A stretch of 64,000 nt of DNA, from the NCBI RefSeq assembly GCF_009914755.1, contig NC_060926.1; one strand, written 5' to 3'. This document shows positions 1 through 14,396 of this stretch, one piece after another. Under the pieces are notes generated by a model, which ran no database searches, was not told where the DNA came from, and saw only the letters and a program-made list of their open reading frames with translations. Both the position numbers and the translations under genes were made by a program. The DNA is from the human T2T-CHM13v2.0 reference genome, Homo sapiens. Each line of letters opens with the position of its first letter. The first letter of the stretch is position 1.

Positions 1-462
1 TTAAAGACTTAGTTATCATAACAACTCATACTAATAGACATAGAAGACATTAAATGGCCTTTAAAACTTTCTACTGACCTGGCCATTGTCATTTTAAATA
101 TAAGAGTATAAGAATTGCTATTTTTTTATTCTTCAAGCAATGTATTCTGTATATGTTAGAGGGCATTTTCAGGACAATACCTTACAAAATGTTTACCCTC
201 CTAAAGATGATACTTATTTCTGATTTGCTTCCAAAAAGATTTCAGTGAGCTACCATTCAACTTACGGGCAAAAGAAAATCTAGACTTATATTATCTGATA
301 TTATCTGATGTAGACAATATGATGAATTATTTTACAGGAATTATTAATTTTATTAGGTGAACCATAGATTATTCTCTTAATCTTTGGAGATTAAGATTTT
401 CTCTTAACCTTTTCACTGATTACATTTTTTTCCTATTTTAAAACTTATAAAATAAGAAAATA

Positions 463-767
463 GGCTGGGTGTAGTGGCTCATGCCTATAATCCTAGCATT
501 TTGGAAGGCCAAGACTGGCAGATTGCTTGAACCCAGGAGTTCGAGATCAACCAGGGCAACATGTCAAAACCCTGTCTCTACCAAAAAAAAAAAAAAAAAA
601 AAAAAAAACCACACACACACAAATGGACTGGATATGGTGGCACTTACCTGTGGTCCCAACTACTGGGGAGGCTTAGGTGGGAGGATCACCTGAACCCAGA
701 AGGTCAAGGCTACATCCTGCCACTGTACTCTAGCCTGGGTGCCAGGGCAAGACCCTGTCTCAACAAC

Positions 768-807
<40 letters not shown>
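463..807 (+). mobile_element. AluJ-type SINE with expanded middle A-tract and (CA)n tail
   Basis: ggctgggtgtagtggctcatgcctataatcctagca...gaccctgtctc; J-type features (gattgcttgaacccaggagttcgag); ~26-nt A run in the linker; CA repeat at ~766-807. Confidence 0.92.
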
Positions 808-810
<3 letters not shown>

Positions 811-2194
811 TAATCTTAATCTATTTGACAACAATTTTATATTTTGCAAATACTACTTATGTATGTAAAGTGTAATTATAGTGTTGAACAAATACATATT
901 TTCAGATTCTATTTACTCATAAAATGCTAATAAATTTGTGTCTATTAAATGGACAGAAATACACCTGATTTATTTTTTATAAGAAGTCTAGCTTGAAACA
1001 AGTTTTAAAATATTATCAATTAATTGTTTACCTTGAGATATAATATGTGATCTGCTTGGTTAACTCACAAGTCTCAGGTTTAATAATAGAGAGATTTTCT
1101 TCAGTGGTGAAGTCTGGGGATTTTTTGAAACAGTAACCAGGATTAAAGATAGAAGTAATTACTTTTTTACCTGAAGATTCTATCATTTGAGACAGGCATT
1201 TTTGAGAGGTGATTTAAATAAGGAATTTGTGTAAAGCAATGATGCTGTGAAATGCTAACGTAAGTATCTGTATTTTAGTAAGCAGACAAGTAACTCTGAT
1301 CCTTTTGTCAGTTCATGAGTGGGGAATTGGATTTAAAAAGAAAACTGTTAGTACACAAGTGAGATACCTTGCAGTATCTAGTCACCAAACTTTGATATTG
1401 ATATTTCATAATGAGTCACCTTCCTCCTCCTAGAGAATGGAATTGGTTCTCTGAAGCACTGAAAAGAGTTCCATCAGAATAAAGCATTTTACTTACTATA
1501 TGATGGAATCTGGCTTGGGTACACAAATGGCTATAATTTTTACCAACTACTTCTGAGAAAATAACATGACACAATAAAATAGAAATTTTCTTTAACTGTA
1601 ATCTCAATTTGAAGGAGTAAGCTAGAGGGTAAAGAAGCAAAAATATAGTTATTGTGCTAGAATAAAGCTCTGCAACAAAGTATGTTTTAAAATCTCCAGA
1701 ATCTACTGACAGAAAACACTGGTATATTTCATAAATTTTTGAAAGCTACATTAAGAATAAAAAGGCATATTTTCTTCTAAAATGCGAGAGGAGAGAAAAC
1801 AAGATTTCCCTTCCAGGTACAGCACCACTTATTTATACGCCCGCTTTTATATGTTATTAATAAGTAAATTCATATTCAAATTAATGGTTGGTGTTAGTGT
1901 TAATGATGCCTCATCTTTGGATTTTGAAAATTAATATTAAATCAGTTTTTTTTGCATTTTTTCCTTTACTCTGTGTGTGTGTGTCTTTTTTCAGTAAGTA
2001 TCACCTGCTCATGTGATTTAATCACTCTTTCTCTGAATGAAACTGATTGTTGGTTATGTTATACAGAAGTTTCAACCAAAGGAGATATTGATGTTTTCTG
2101 TTATTTTCAAATGCTTTTGAAAAACATTTCTTAAATATTGGAAACTTTAGGTATCTGAGTGATTTCAGTTTTTTTGTTCACATTGCATTTCAGT

Positions 2195-2325
2195 AGCATC
2201 AGTGTTGCTCGAGAACACCTTGGAAATTCAGAATCTCAGGCCCCAGCCCATGTTAATGAATCAGGAACTGCCTGTTGACAGGTGATTGCTATGTATATTT
2301 AGATTTAGATTTGAAACACACTGAT
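2195..2325. mobile_element. MER5-family hAT-Charlie DNA transposon fragment
   Basis: gaaattcagaatctcaggccccagccc...tgaatcaggaactg...caggtgattgctatgta...tttgaaacacactg resembles the MER5 core. Confidence 0.65.
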
Positions 2326-3329
2326 TTAAATAGTCTCTAGTTGAATTAATCACTCACATCTGAAGAAAAGGAATATCCTCCTATGTGATGTTGGCCTCAC
2401 TTAAAAAAAAAAAGCAACCACTACAACAGCAAAAAACCACTGAATGGAATGGAAGAATGGAAAGTGTACACTCTTGGAAAGAGTTTTACTTTCCATTGAA
2501 AATATTCCATCAGTTTTAGATTCCTGGATAATGCCAGGAATATAAATGGAACCTTGCATTTTTTGTTATAGAAGTCAAAAAGTCTTTCTAAATTTTTAAT
2601 ACTGAACTACACGTGAGTGGAAACGAGTTTTTCTCTCTTACCATATATAGAAAATAAGGAGATTCAAGGATAAATAATTAATAAAAAATGCATTATTCTC
2701 TGTAGGGCTTTTATTCAGTCTCTCTCATTTCAATGATTATAAATTCATCAAAGTATACTTGGCTTTACCAATTAACTATGCAATTTGTCCATCTCTTTTA
2801 TCCACATCATAATCAAGCATCCATTCCTCCAGTCCATAAGAAGCTATCGAAGGCCTGTAACAACTTGGTAGTTTGCCAGTGGGGGGTCCTAGATATCCAA
2901 ATATCTCCTGTTTTGCAATTATAGGCACAGCAGGAATTTGCTATGTGCTTAAAGAATGCTGACTTATATGACTCCTTTAGGAGTCAAGAACTTAGTTTGG
3001 AAAAATGTCAAAGCTCTTTCCAGAGTTATTATACCATGTTACATTTTAAATGCTTATTCTTCATGAATATTTCTGTTAGAAAACACTCTTTTTTGGTTAT
3101 AAGGTGTCACAAATTATTTGCAATGAAATCGGTTAATTTGGACAAAAATGTAGATTGTTTAATCATTAAAACTGTTCTGGCCTAAATATTGGGTCCAGTT
3201 ATCTTCTTTCATATTAAGACTTAGATATCAAGAGATGAGTTAATCATACTCCCAGTTTATAGCATGTTTTTATCATTAATTTATGAAAGATCTTCTCTTA
3301 TTTTTTTTATACTTTTCATTCTTAATTTC

Positions 3330-4015
3330 CACTATCTTTTTCTTCCCCAAATAGACATCTATTGTAAATTGCTTGATAAATGCTCTTACATATACATAAA
3401 TGTTATACAATCTATAATTTTGATATTTTTTAATGTTTTAAATGTACATCAATGATATTATACCAAAAGTTCATTGTGTTTTATACTTTTTCCATGATTC
3501 TCTATATTTAGTTGTTGCTTCATCCTTTGCACATTGCCAATAGAATTCATAAATATTTTACTTATCTGTTCTCCCAGAAATGGAGATGTTTAGATTTTCT
3601 CGTAATTTATGCTGCCACAAATAACCCCAAAATTTTATTGGACTTATGCAAGAATTCACCTTAAATATTTTCCCAGCAGTGAGATTCCTGAGTTGCAGGG
3701 CACATGCATACTTAATTTCATTAAATACTCTTAGAGAATTGCTTTCCACTGTAACTGTCCTAGTTTATATTCACACCAGCAGTACCCCAAAGTTTTCTAC
3801 TCTCACACTTATCTCAGCAATGGGATTAAGTATTTTTTGTAAATTTCCCATGCTATATTGTATTGTTCCTGTCTTACCTTGTACTTCTGTGTTACATGTT
3901 AGTCATTTAGGCTTCCCATTTTTTTGGATTATACATTATTATCTATCACCACTTATTTTCTATTAGGTTCCTTAATGATTCCTTATTGCTGGAGTTCTTT
4001 GTAGAGTCTAGATCT
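3330..4015 (-). mobile_element. Ancient L1M (L1ME-like) fragment
   Basis: cccagcagtgagattcctgagttgcaggg...gaattgctttcc...tagtttatattcacaccagcagt resembles the reverse of the L1 ORF2 end/3'UTR; boundaries approximate. Confidence 0.6.
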
Positions 4016-4021
4016 TCAGAT

Positions 4022-4233
4022 CAGTTCTGTCCAACAGAAATATTTGCATTACCCAAAATTCTATAGCTGCACTATCCCATACTGTCACTACAAGCCACAT
4101 GTGGCAGTTTAGCACCTGAAATGTAGCTAATGTGACCTCAGAACAGAATATGCAATTTAATATGTTCTAACTAATTTATATTAAAGTTTATGTAGCTACA
4201 TGTGGCTACTTGTTACCATGCTTAACATGCAGC
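4022..4233. mobile_element. MER3 hAT-Charlie DNA transposon
   Basis: ctgtccaacagaaa...agccacatgtggcagtttagcacctgaaatgtagctaatgtgac...agctacatgtggctact matches the MER3 internal palindromic layout. Confidence 0.8.
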
Positions 4234-4461
4234 TCAAAATATTGATGCGTTGTTGGTTTTAGGTAATATATTTCTAGTTTATTTGTTGTTAATTTCAAGT
4301 TATTTTCTTTTCAACATACAGTCTTTATTTTGATGTGTTCTTGAATCTTTCACAAGAATATCATGAAAGAGGGAATGTAATTCTCAAAACATTATATCAG
4401 GAGGCACAAGATGCCACTTTGTCACATCTTTAAGTTAAAAGTGATAGTTATCCCTCCCTTA

Positions 4462-4550
4462 GGGTGCAGCAAACCACCATGGCACATGTGTACCTACATA
4501 ACAAAACTATACATTCTGCACATGTACCACAGAACTTAGAGTATAAAAAA
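4462..4550 (+). mobile_element. Short 5'-truncated L1PA 3' end
   Basis: gggtgcagcaaaccaccatggcacatgtgtaccta...ttctgcacatgtaccacagaacttagagtataaaaaa. Confidence 0.85.
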
Positions 4551-4559
4551 ATTATTTTA

Positions 4560-5340
4560 AAAATGTGGCAGTTGACAATTTAATACTGTGAAAAGCATAT
4601 GACTTCCTTTGTAAGTAATGAATATTTTTGGGCAGATATTTTGAGACCGTGTAGATTTCAATTTTATATTAAACTTCCACTCACTTATTTTAGCATCTAT
4701 TAATGATCCTCGCGTGAATCAATTAATGGTTGTGAGTGATGATTTTTCCAAATCTAAAATCCTTTCCTCATTTAGTAATTTGCATTATATTATAAAAATA
4801 CTTTTTATCTCCATGATTTATTTACATGCTTAAATCAATATATTCATAAATTCCTATTATATCTGATGGTTTATGTCAAATAATAACTGTTTATTTGATG
4901 CTAAACATGTCCAATATTTGGCCACTGGAAGATTCTTCAAGCTGGCTTCTATGAAGTTCTGATATGTACCATCATTCTTCACATATTTTCTTACTTGCTG
5001 TCACACATGATACTCCAGATTCATCTTTCCTTCTATGCCCTTAGCCCTAGAATCAGCTATTTCTCCAAGATGCCATGAGCCTTGACATAGGACTGAAAAT
5101 CTGGGAGCTAGATGTTTTGTTTTCTACCAGAATGCCATTTCTTTTAAATCCTCTTAGTGGACAGAGCTAGAAAATGTGTATCTCTCATACACTCCTCTCT
5201 CTCTGTCTTGCTGCTGCTCCCTTTACCTTCCTTTCTCTCTCTCTCAGAAAGAGTTCATACAGATATATTCAATTCTAGTCCAACATGCAACAAAGGAGGG
5301 TTCAGTCTAGTATTTCTCATTTTCATGATTGTTTTTTGAT
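4560..5340 (-). mobile_element. Ancient L1MC/L1ME-type 3'UTR fragment
   Basis: tttggccactggaagattcttcaagctggcttct...gccctagaatcagctatttctccaag...ctgggagctagatgt motifs of old L1M 3'UTRs. Confidence 0.6.
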
Positions 5341-5783
5341 CTGAACTGCTTTGAAAGTAATCTGTAGAATTTATCTGAAGCCTGAGGTGAAACTATCTAT
5401 CACCATAGAATATTTATGATTGCTTTTGTGTATTTTACATTCCTGTTAGAAATATACATGCTTCAATTTCTCTGCATGTCAGTCTGGATGTCTCAGCTTT
5501 GAAGCCCTGACTATTCACTTAAATCCCTGGATTATGCAATTATGCAATTCAGGGATTTCATGTAAATTGAATTATGCATATTTTCATGAAAGTTATGAAT
5601 GTTGAATTATGTAAGTCATATGTAAGTCATGTTGAACTGTATAACTCAACTTACATGAAAGATCAACTGACTACCTACTATTTGGCAGGCACAGAACTAG
5701 GTGTTAGGGATTTAAATGTTAAATTGTTCCTTCCTCAGCAAATTAACAGGATAGAAGAAGACCCAGGAAGATGTTTATAATGC

Positions 5784-6260
5784 TGATGCTGGACAGGCAA
5801 GCCCCAAAATTGGGGTTTGTACTGGGAAGGTTCTGAACTCCCCCCAGGAGAGAATTCAAGGGTGAACCAGTATTGTCAGACAGCAGCTTTTATTGAAGCA
5901 GCAGTGTAGAGCAGCAGCAGAGGTACTGGTCCTTGCAGACCAGGGCTATCCCATTGGCAGTGTGCCCAGAGTAGCAGCTCAGGGGTAGCTATGCAGTCAT
6001 ATTTATATCCACCTTTAACTTGCAAATTAAAGGGCAGATTATGCAGTAATTTCTAGAAAAAGGATGGTAACTTCTGGGTATCCAGTGGTTGGAAAGGGGC
6101 AGTAACTTCTGGATGTTGCCATAGCAATGGTAAACTGACAGGGCACTGGTGGGCATGTCTTATGAAGAAGTGCTTTTACCTCTTCCCTGTTTCAGCTAAT
6201 TGTTAACCTGGTCCAGAGTCCAAGCCCTGCCTCCAGAGTCAAGTCCCACCTCCTACCTCA
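5784..6260 (-). mobile_element. MER66-type ERV1 solo LTR inserted in an L2 fragment
   Basis: Reverse strand starts tgaggtaggaggtgggacttgactctggaggcagggcttgg and has AATAAA (ttttattg on +, ~5890); TG...CA ends; L2-like sequence on both sides (~5665-5780, ~6261-6650). Confidence 0.8.
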
Positions 6261-6662
6261 GTACTGTACTGTAATAACTATCAGAACACAAATGAGAGAG
6301 AAATAATTCATTTAGCTCAGGAAGGCATGAAAAAAAAAAAAAACAGAAAAAAGATGAAAAAGAGGTGACCTTAAGTGGAACCGTAAAGGACTAACAGACT
6401 CAGACACAGGTGGAGAACATTTGGTGGAAGGAAGAGCAGCAATGGAGACACAGAGTTGAAGGTTCATGGAGTGTCTGGGGACAACTGGTTTGGTGTTGCA
6501 GGCAAGTTTGTGGAAAAGCACTCAAGAAATTAAATTGGAAAGAGACGTTGACTTCAGTCTGGGAGTGTTTGTATGTCACAATAATAAATAAGATATTTGT
6601 TCTATAGACAATGGGGAACCATCAGAAGTTTTAAAGTGAAAAAGGAAATTGAATAGACTCAT

Positions 6663-6840
6663 GCAGGCAGATTTAAATCCTAACTTTGCCACTCACTACC
6701 ACTGAAACTTGAATAACTATGTTATCTCTCTGGGCCTCCTTTCCCTAATCTATAAATGAGAATTAATAATACTTACTGGATTGCTGTAAAGGCTAAATCA
6801 GAAATGCCTAGCATGGTGCTTGGCACATGGTAGTTGCTTT
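6663..6840 (+). mobile_element. MIR SINE
   Basis: ttaaatcctaactttgccactcact...tctctctgggcctcctttccctaatctataaatgag...cctagcatggtgcttggcacatggtag. Confidence 0.8.
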
Positions 6841-7549
6841 TTAAAATTAAGTTATTTAATACCAAAGAAGTCTTTCTTGGGGAAAGAGAAAAAGGATAGA
6901 TAATGAGTGCCATTATGGCAGGGCCTGTTCTTTGTTTGCTGCCTGTTACTAAAAGCAAGGAGTTTCCTAAAAAGGAGCATCCACCCAGGCCTGAAATCTG
7001 TTCGTGTTCACAAACCTAGGGGAGTTGTTTGTGCACACACCATGTTGCTGACACTGGGAATAAGTCATTACAGACAAGATACAGAATCAGTGTCTTAGAG
7101 GGAAGAGTAATAACGGAAGTTGAATTACAGTGGGACAGTGTGATTACAACTGATAAATATAACAGTAATTCTACAGAACTTTTCAAACAGTATCCTCACA
7201 GATTAGATAAACTCATTCATTATTATTTAAATATAAATATCATAGAATTGTGTTCTTAAAATCAATATGAATGCTGATCTTGGAAATAAACATAGATATT
7301 ATAGGTAGATACATAGATATTATATAGAGATATAGATGCTTTGTGTGTGTGTATATATATATATATTTTTTTTTATGATAGACTCCCTCATCTCTTGCGT
7401 GAGCATTTTTTAATAGTCTTTTCACAGCTTCCCTATTCTTAATCTCTCTTTATATTGATATGGTTATCAATATAAATAACTGCAATCTCCTTAGCGTGCC
7501 ATATGCTTTGTGATTGTGCCTTTACCCCTCTCTCTATTCTTATCTCTTA

Positions 7550-7950
7550 CATACCCTGCATAATACTTTAAGCACTGATAATATCAAACTGCTTTTGTTC
7601 CCTGACTGCATCAAGTTTTTTTCAAGCCTTTGTGACTATGTACATGGTGTGTCTTCTTGCTGGAAATCTGTTCACACATTGCTTTTCTTGGATAATTACT
7701 ACTGCTTCTTCGCAGATCAGTTCAGTAGTCATACTCTTCAGAAGCCTTCCTTGACCCTCCTGTGCTGCAATGAATCCTATGAAGTCTTTACCATAGCGCT
7801 TACATTACTTATATTACTAGGTGGACAGCATCTATTTATATGAGTATCTTACTAGGTCTTATGTTTCTTGATACCAGGAAGAAACATGCGTCCTTATTAT
7901 TCCTCCTCATAAACTCAGAATCTGGTATAGTGATTGGTAAACAGTAGGTT
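7550..7950 (+). mobile_element. L2 LINE 3' fragment
   Basis: gcctttgtgactatgtacatggtgtgtcttcttgctggaa...tcagaagccttccttgaccc...tctggtatagtgattggtaaacagtaggt. Confidence 0.65.
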
Positions 7951-8914
7951 AGACAAAGAAGAGAGTGGCCACCTCTCTTCAGGCTAATTTAGCCCCCAAA
8001 TTATGGCATATTTTCTAGCGTTAATTTTACTTATTTTAATGTTTGCTATAGTAACATTAGATATGATGGCTTCTTTAACTTTAGCAAGAGTATGGATAAA
8101 ATTCTCAAGTATATTTTCAGACTTCTATGATTTTTAAGTCTGTTTATTTGTTTATAATACCTCGATATTTTAAAGAAAAATTAAAATCACTTATGGCACA
8201 TACTGATAGAGTAAGAGGCATAATTGCAGCAGTGATTTTTTCCTAAAGACAAAGAAAGAAATAGAATAACAGCACTTTTTTACAGAAATATTTAATAATC
8301 TTAAAAGGTATAAATTTGAAAAACAAACATGATATGAAGAAAAATATTATGATCTATCATTTTATTTAGTATTTACTTATAGATGCTTAATTTTATTTGA
8401 ATGTGATTTCTTCACTGGAATAAGCTCGTGTATGAAGGCTCACTGAGCATATTCTACAAGATATACAAGCATTTCTCCACTTATGAGGATGCCTGGCATG
8501 AACAGCTCTGCCCTCATCCACTGCCAGTGGAAGCCTTCTCAGTGGCTTTGGTCATAACAAGATTTATTAGCCTTAGTATGATCACCATAGCCTTTGGGAG
8601 CTTGCCTTGAGAGAAACAGCAGGAAAAAAGGCAGTTTACCTTGCTCAGTGGTCAGAGGAGCCCCAGCAGCAGAAATTTCTGAAGGCAGGACCTGGTAGCC
8701 CAGAAAAAGAGAGAACATGCAGGAGTGCACGTGGGAGCCTCTCTCAGGGGATATTTGCAGGGTGTTGGGACTACTGAAATAGCAGTTGGAGTTTAAGACA
8801 GAGAATTTTTTTTTATTGTTCTTATGATTCTATATTAAATTCTAGAGTTCAGCAGCTTGGGCAATCATGGATTGTGTTCATTTTTATTATTAGAACCCAT
8901 TATTATCAGCTTCA

Positions 8915-9140
8915 ATCAAGACAGCATAGCATTAAAACTAGACTACTTATCTTCAAATCTAGATAGATTCTGCCACCAAAGCTGTTTGATCTCGGGCAGG
9001 TTAAACTGTCTGTGCCTCAGTGCACTCATATCTAAAATGACAACAATAATAGGAACCAATGTTATGAAGTTGTTATGAGAAGTGAGATCCTTAGAAACTG
9101 ACCCTGGCAAGTAGTAGATGACACATAAATATTCAATATT
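8915..9140 (+). mobile_element. MIR SINE
   Basis: gatctcgggcaggttaaactgtctgtgcctcagtgcactcatatctaaaatg core and ctggcaagtagtagatgacacataaat tail. Confidence 0.7.
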
Positions 9141-10762
9141 ATTAATATTGTGATTATTCTATAGAGATTTCTAGGAAATTTCTTTATTTTGCTAATTAAA
9201 CTTTTCTTTGAGAAAGTCAGATCAACATAGAGAATAACCCAGAATTAGTAAGACATTAAATATTCATATTTTTATTAAATACAATCTGTACCATTTTAAT
9301 ATTTTTCTGTGTATGCCTTATTTAAAATAGCTTGTGCTAATGTGAATAAGAGCCACACAGAAAGTTGTATCAAAGTATAGCCATAACAGAAGCTATGTAT
9401 AGCCATAACAGAAAAGGGACAATTTTATATTAAAAACCAGAAGCATTATCTATACTATAGAAAAAAAAATTCAATATCAGCCCGGCAGTGCTCTATTTGT
9501 TCTTACAATGCATGCATATGATATTGCCTACAAATTGATTATATAGAAAACATTGTTTTCATAAGGTTTTTCTCTGTGTTAGAAAACTGAATGATAATAC
9601 TTTATCCATTGATATGATAGAATCTACCTAGGCTAAAAGTTGTGTGTTGGTTACATGGTCATTACCTTTCCCAATGTCCAGAGAATTGAACATTGAAATC
9701 TGATATAGTCTTCATTATATTATTCAAACTAACATTCTCATATTTTTTGTATACATGTTCATGACGTACTTTAAGAAGTACTTTGAAAGACAAAGAAAAA
9801 TGTAAACCTAACCTAAACTGCCACAATTCCAAAGCACAAATAAAGCACTATAAACAAATTGCTATAGACATCTATGTATGTGTGTATGTAATTTAAACAA
9901 ATGATGTCATGCTACATGTATACATGCCAATAAATAAATGTATATTATTATTTTAATAGCTACAAAGTATTTTATTACATTAGAGTATCATATCATTACA
10001 TTAAAATTAAGTTTATTAAGTTTTTGGGGATTCGTATGCAATTTAAAAATCTGGACTCCTGTGCAAAGTTATACATTCTCAGATTTTTAAAATAGTGTTA
10101 TTAATTTAACATGTATTTCCTAAAGTAAAATATTAACTCACAGCTGAAAAATTATATTTCTTTATCAATAGGATACTCATTGTTGATTTATAGGTGTTTT
10201 GTAGTACAAAGAAACTATAAACAGGTTGCCCTCTCTTTCAAGAAAGGCCATAGCATAAAATAATTTTGGCAGTACAAAAGAAAAAAATGTAGTGTCCAGA
10301 ATTGAACTTACACTTTAAAAAGTGTTCAGTAGCCTCATTATCCTGAGTAATTAATTCACGATGTAAGAATACATTTAATAAGATTTCTCTTAACAGAATG
10401 TTTACTACATATAAATAATTCCATAGGAAAAAATATAATGAAATGAAAACTTTGTTCTGTAAAAGTTAAAGAATTTTGAGGTTATTTTTTCATTTTTGAT
10501 TAATTAACATTTATCAGTTCTCAATAAATCTCTTTTAAAGGTGGCCTGACCTGAGTTATTTGTTTTTAAAAAAATAGAATAAGGGACCATAACCGACCCC
10601 TTCAACTTGGATTGAGGTGTCCATGAACTTAATATCTAAGTCTGCCTGCACAATTGCTAATTCATCCTAATAAGAATTTTTTAATTATTGGAATAGACTC
10701 TTTAGATAAACCCATTGAAAGCTACTTCTCTAAGCTATGAATGGAACTTTGTTTTAGCTTCA

Positions 10763-11064
<302 letters not shown>

Positions 11065-12499
11065 GTCAATGAGACTCAAATCTTAACTATTTTCTTGTTA
11101 TTCTCTGCAAAAATCAGTTTAAAATCAAACTTTTGTTTCCAGTGTTCAAGAAATAACATGTTAAAAGCTGAATTGAAATTGATATTCTAAATTAGAAATG
11201 TCATTTTTAATTAATTCAAACGTCATATGCTGTGTGCTCTCTAATTTTTTCAGTATCATGGAAAGATTCTTTCTTTTAGTAAAAGCAAAACAAAACAGAA
11301 ATATTTACTGACCCCCTTATTTACATATGGCAAGAAACCCAGCAACCAATTTCTCCCTTCCAAAATATACACGCCCGCTAACAAAACTAAAGGAAAATTT
11401 ATTTCTCTCAGTCATCTCTTATTCAGCTTAAGAATTAAATTAAATTGTTTAATAAGAATTAAATGGTTATTCTTAACTTCCTTCTCTAACCACTCTTTTC
11501 TTCTCTGACCTTGTATCTACTCAAACATAGACCCTAGGTATCGACTTTTTGCTTTACCCCTGAAACACCACCATTTCTTGACCATATTCAGTTGAATTTT
11601 ACTTAACATTAGGAGAAATTAAGACGTTTCGCCATAATGCTGCAAGCGAACAATGGAAATTCAGTGAGTTTTTCAGATTCATGAAGGTTTTCAGTTATCT
11701 TTGCCTCATGATTTTCTCTCTGTACGTGTTTTCCCTTTGAACTTTGTTATCCAGTCATCTGGGTGTAATTCCTGCACTATCTTTCACGTTTTTGCCATAT
11801 GTCCCTGTATGTCTTCTTTATACAAGCCCTAGAAATGTGAAATCTCTCCATTTCTTTGGGAAAAGCAGTTCATTCCTGATTTGTTCTCATCCTAACTCAC
11901 TCCAATTACAGGAAAAGGAATAGTGGTGGAAGATACTTCTACTTTCACCACAAGTAGGCTATCAAAATATCTTCTAACTAAATATTTTTGTTACTAAACA
12001 GAATTTCAAAACCATCTTTTAAAATGATATTTGCAGGCTACATTTTGATTAGAGTTTAATTACAGCTACATCTTATAAATATTTTAAAACCTCATAGTGT
12101 TTCCATTATCTAATTAATGCCACTGTGATTGTGGCATGACGCATTATATTCATGAATGGGTTTTTAACAATTTATAATGACTAGTAAAACAGCATTACTA
12201 ATCTACTCCTTAAGCTTGGTTTAGTTTTATTGTAATATTTGTATAGTCTTATATAAATGTTACTATTTAATGTATCACCTTCTTAAATACACTGGCTGAC
12301 CAGTAATAATACATTTAAATTAAAAGATGGGATTAAGTGTTTTATATTATCATATGCTTACATTTTAATTTAATTTACATTTTAAAAAATACTTCATCCT
12401 TAAATGTTTAATTTATATTAAAATCTGTGTTTCAGATATATCTTTTTGCTGTGTCAATTTTTTTTAGGGTACTATTTACTCTTCTTGAGAGCAATGTCA

Positions 12500-12710
12500 G
12501 GCAGAGACAGAGGGTTAGCAGATAGCTCAGCAAGAGTCAACTAAGTGTCAAACTTCACCATTACATGGTATAAGACCCCAGGCAAATAATCCTTCCCCTT
12601 CGTGTCTTGTTTTTATCATATGTAAAATGGGGCTAATAATATTTGTCTGAGGGTTAATATTGTCAAAGCTGAGATAATTTGAATGTAGTGCTTTTTTGTA
12701 GCATCAATAA
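12500..12710 (+). mobile_element. MIR SINE (diverged)
   Basis: ggcaaataatccttccccttcgtgtcttgtttttatcatatgtaaaatggggctaataata core. Confidence 0.6.
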
Positions 12711-13598
12711 ATATTAATGTCCTTCCCTTACTCATTGTATCTTCTCCATCCAATTTTTAGTTGTAAATTTTTCAAGTTAAAATGCTTCTCTTTTCAAAAT
12801 ATCCCTTTTCTTTTGGATATCTGAACATGTGATTATTTCCAAATGGGATTTCCCTGCTGTGCTAACAATGTGTCAAGTGCACAGACTATCACTCCCATTT
12901 GGAGTTCAAGACAAAGCAGAATTAACCACAGGGGCAGAGCCTGCTGGCGCTGATGAGAGGGACAGCATGTCTCTATATATTGTTCCTCTTATTATGGAAG
13001 CTATGGTTGCATGATGATCTTTCAAAGCATCTGGGGAACCCCTGTGATGTGACACCTACAGTGTCATGCTTGCTTTTTGAGAAAATATTTTCTAAAAATT
13101 CACAAAGCTAGAAGTTTTGAGAACTATTATTTTACCTTATTTTGTCCTCAGCAAGGTGATTTCCTTTTGGAGCTGGGATTTTTTTTTTTTAAAAAAAAGG
13201 AAATTTATGATTTTAGGAAATAGTAGAACTAGTATAAAATTAATTTGGAATTCATTTTCTTTTTAAAATCTGTATTTGACTTTTTGATCTGTCTTATTCT
13301 ATGTTTAAAATACATAACAATGAAAAAATAATAAGAAATGACCTATAGAAAAGCATTATAATTGCATGAAATTAGATTTGAGTGAGGCTAGAAAATATTA
13401 AACAATTCACATATAAGCTCTGGGAAATTTTAGTCTTGATAGAAAAAATAAATAAATAAAACACCTCAAGATCAGTTTCACAGATTTAACAGAGTAGTCA
13501 TTTCCAGGATCATCGACAAACTGTAAATATAGTTTCTAGAAGAGGAGGATAATTCAGACAGTGAGCACCATAATGGTAGAGGTGAGGTTGCTTTATGA

Positions 13599-14270
<672 letters not shown>

Positions 14271-14396
14271 TAAGTTACATAACTCCCTTGTGCATGGATC
14301 CTAAAACACTGAAATTTGTGTTCTCCATGAAGTTCCAGAGTTTTCAGCATAGACAAGCTTTTTCTACCATCTCTAGTAACGGTAACACAGTCTTTA

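Noticed and set aside
9375-9413. Tandem duplication gtatagccataacagaa x2 (similar small ones near 289-309 and 16478-16510)
   Set aside because: Ordinary slippage-scale duplications; two units only, not a CRISPR-like or structured array.
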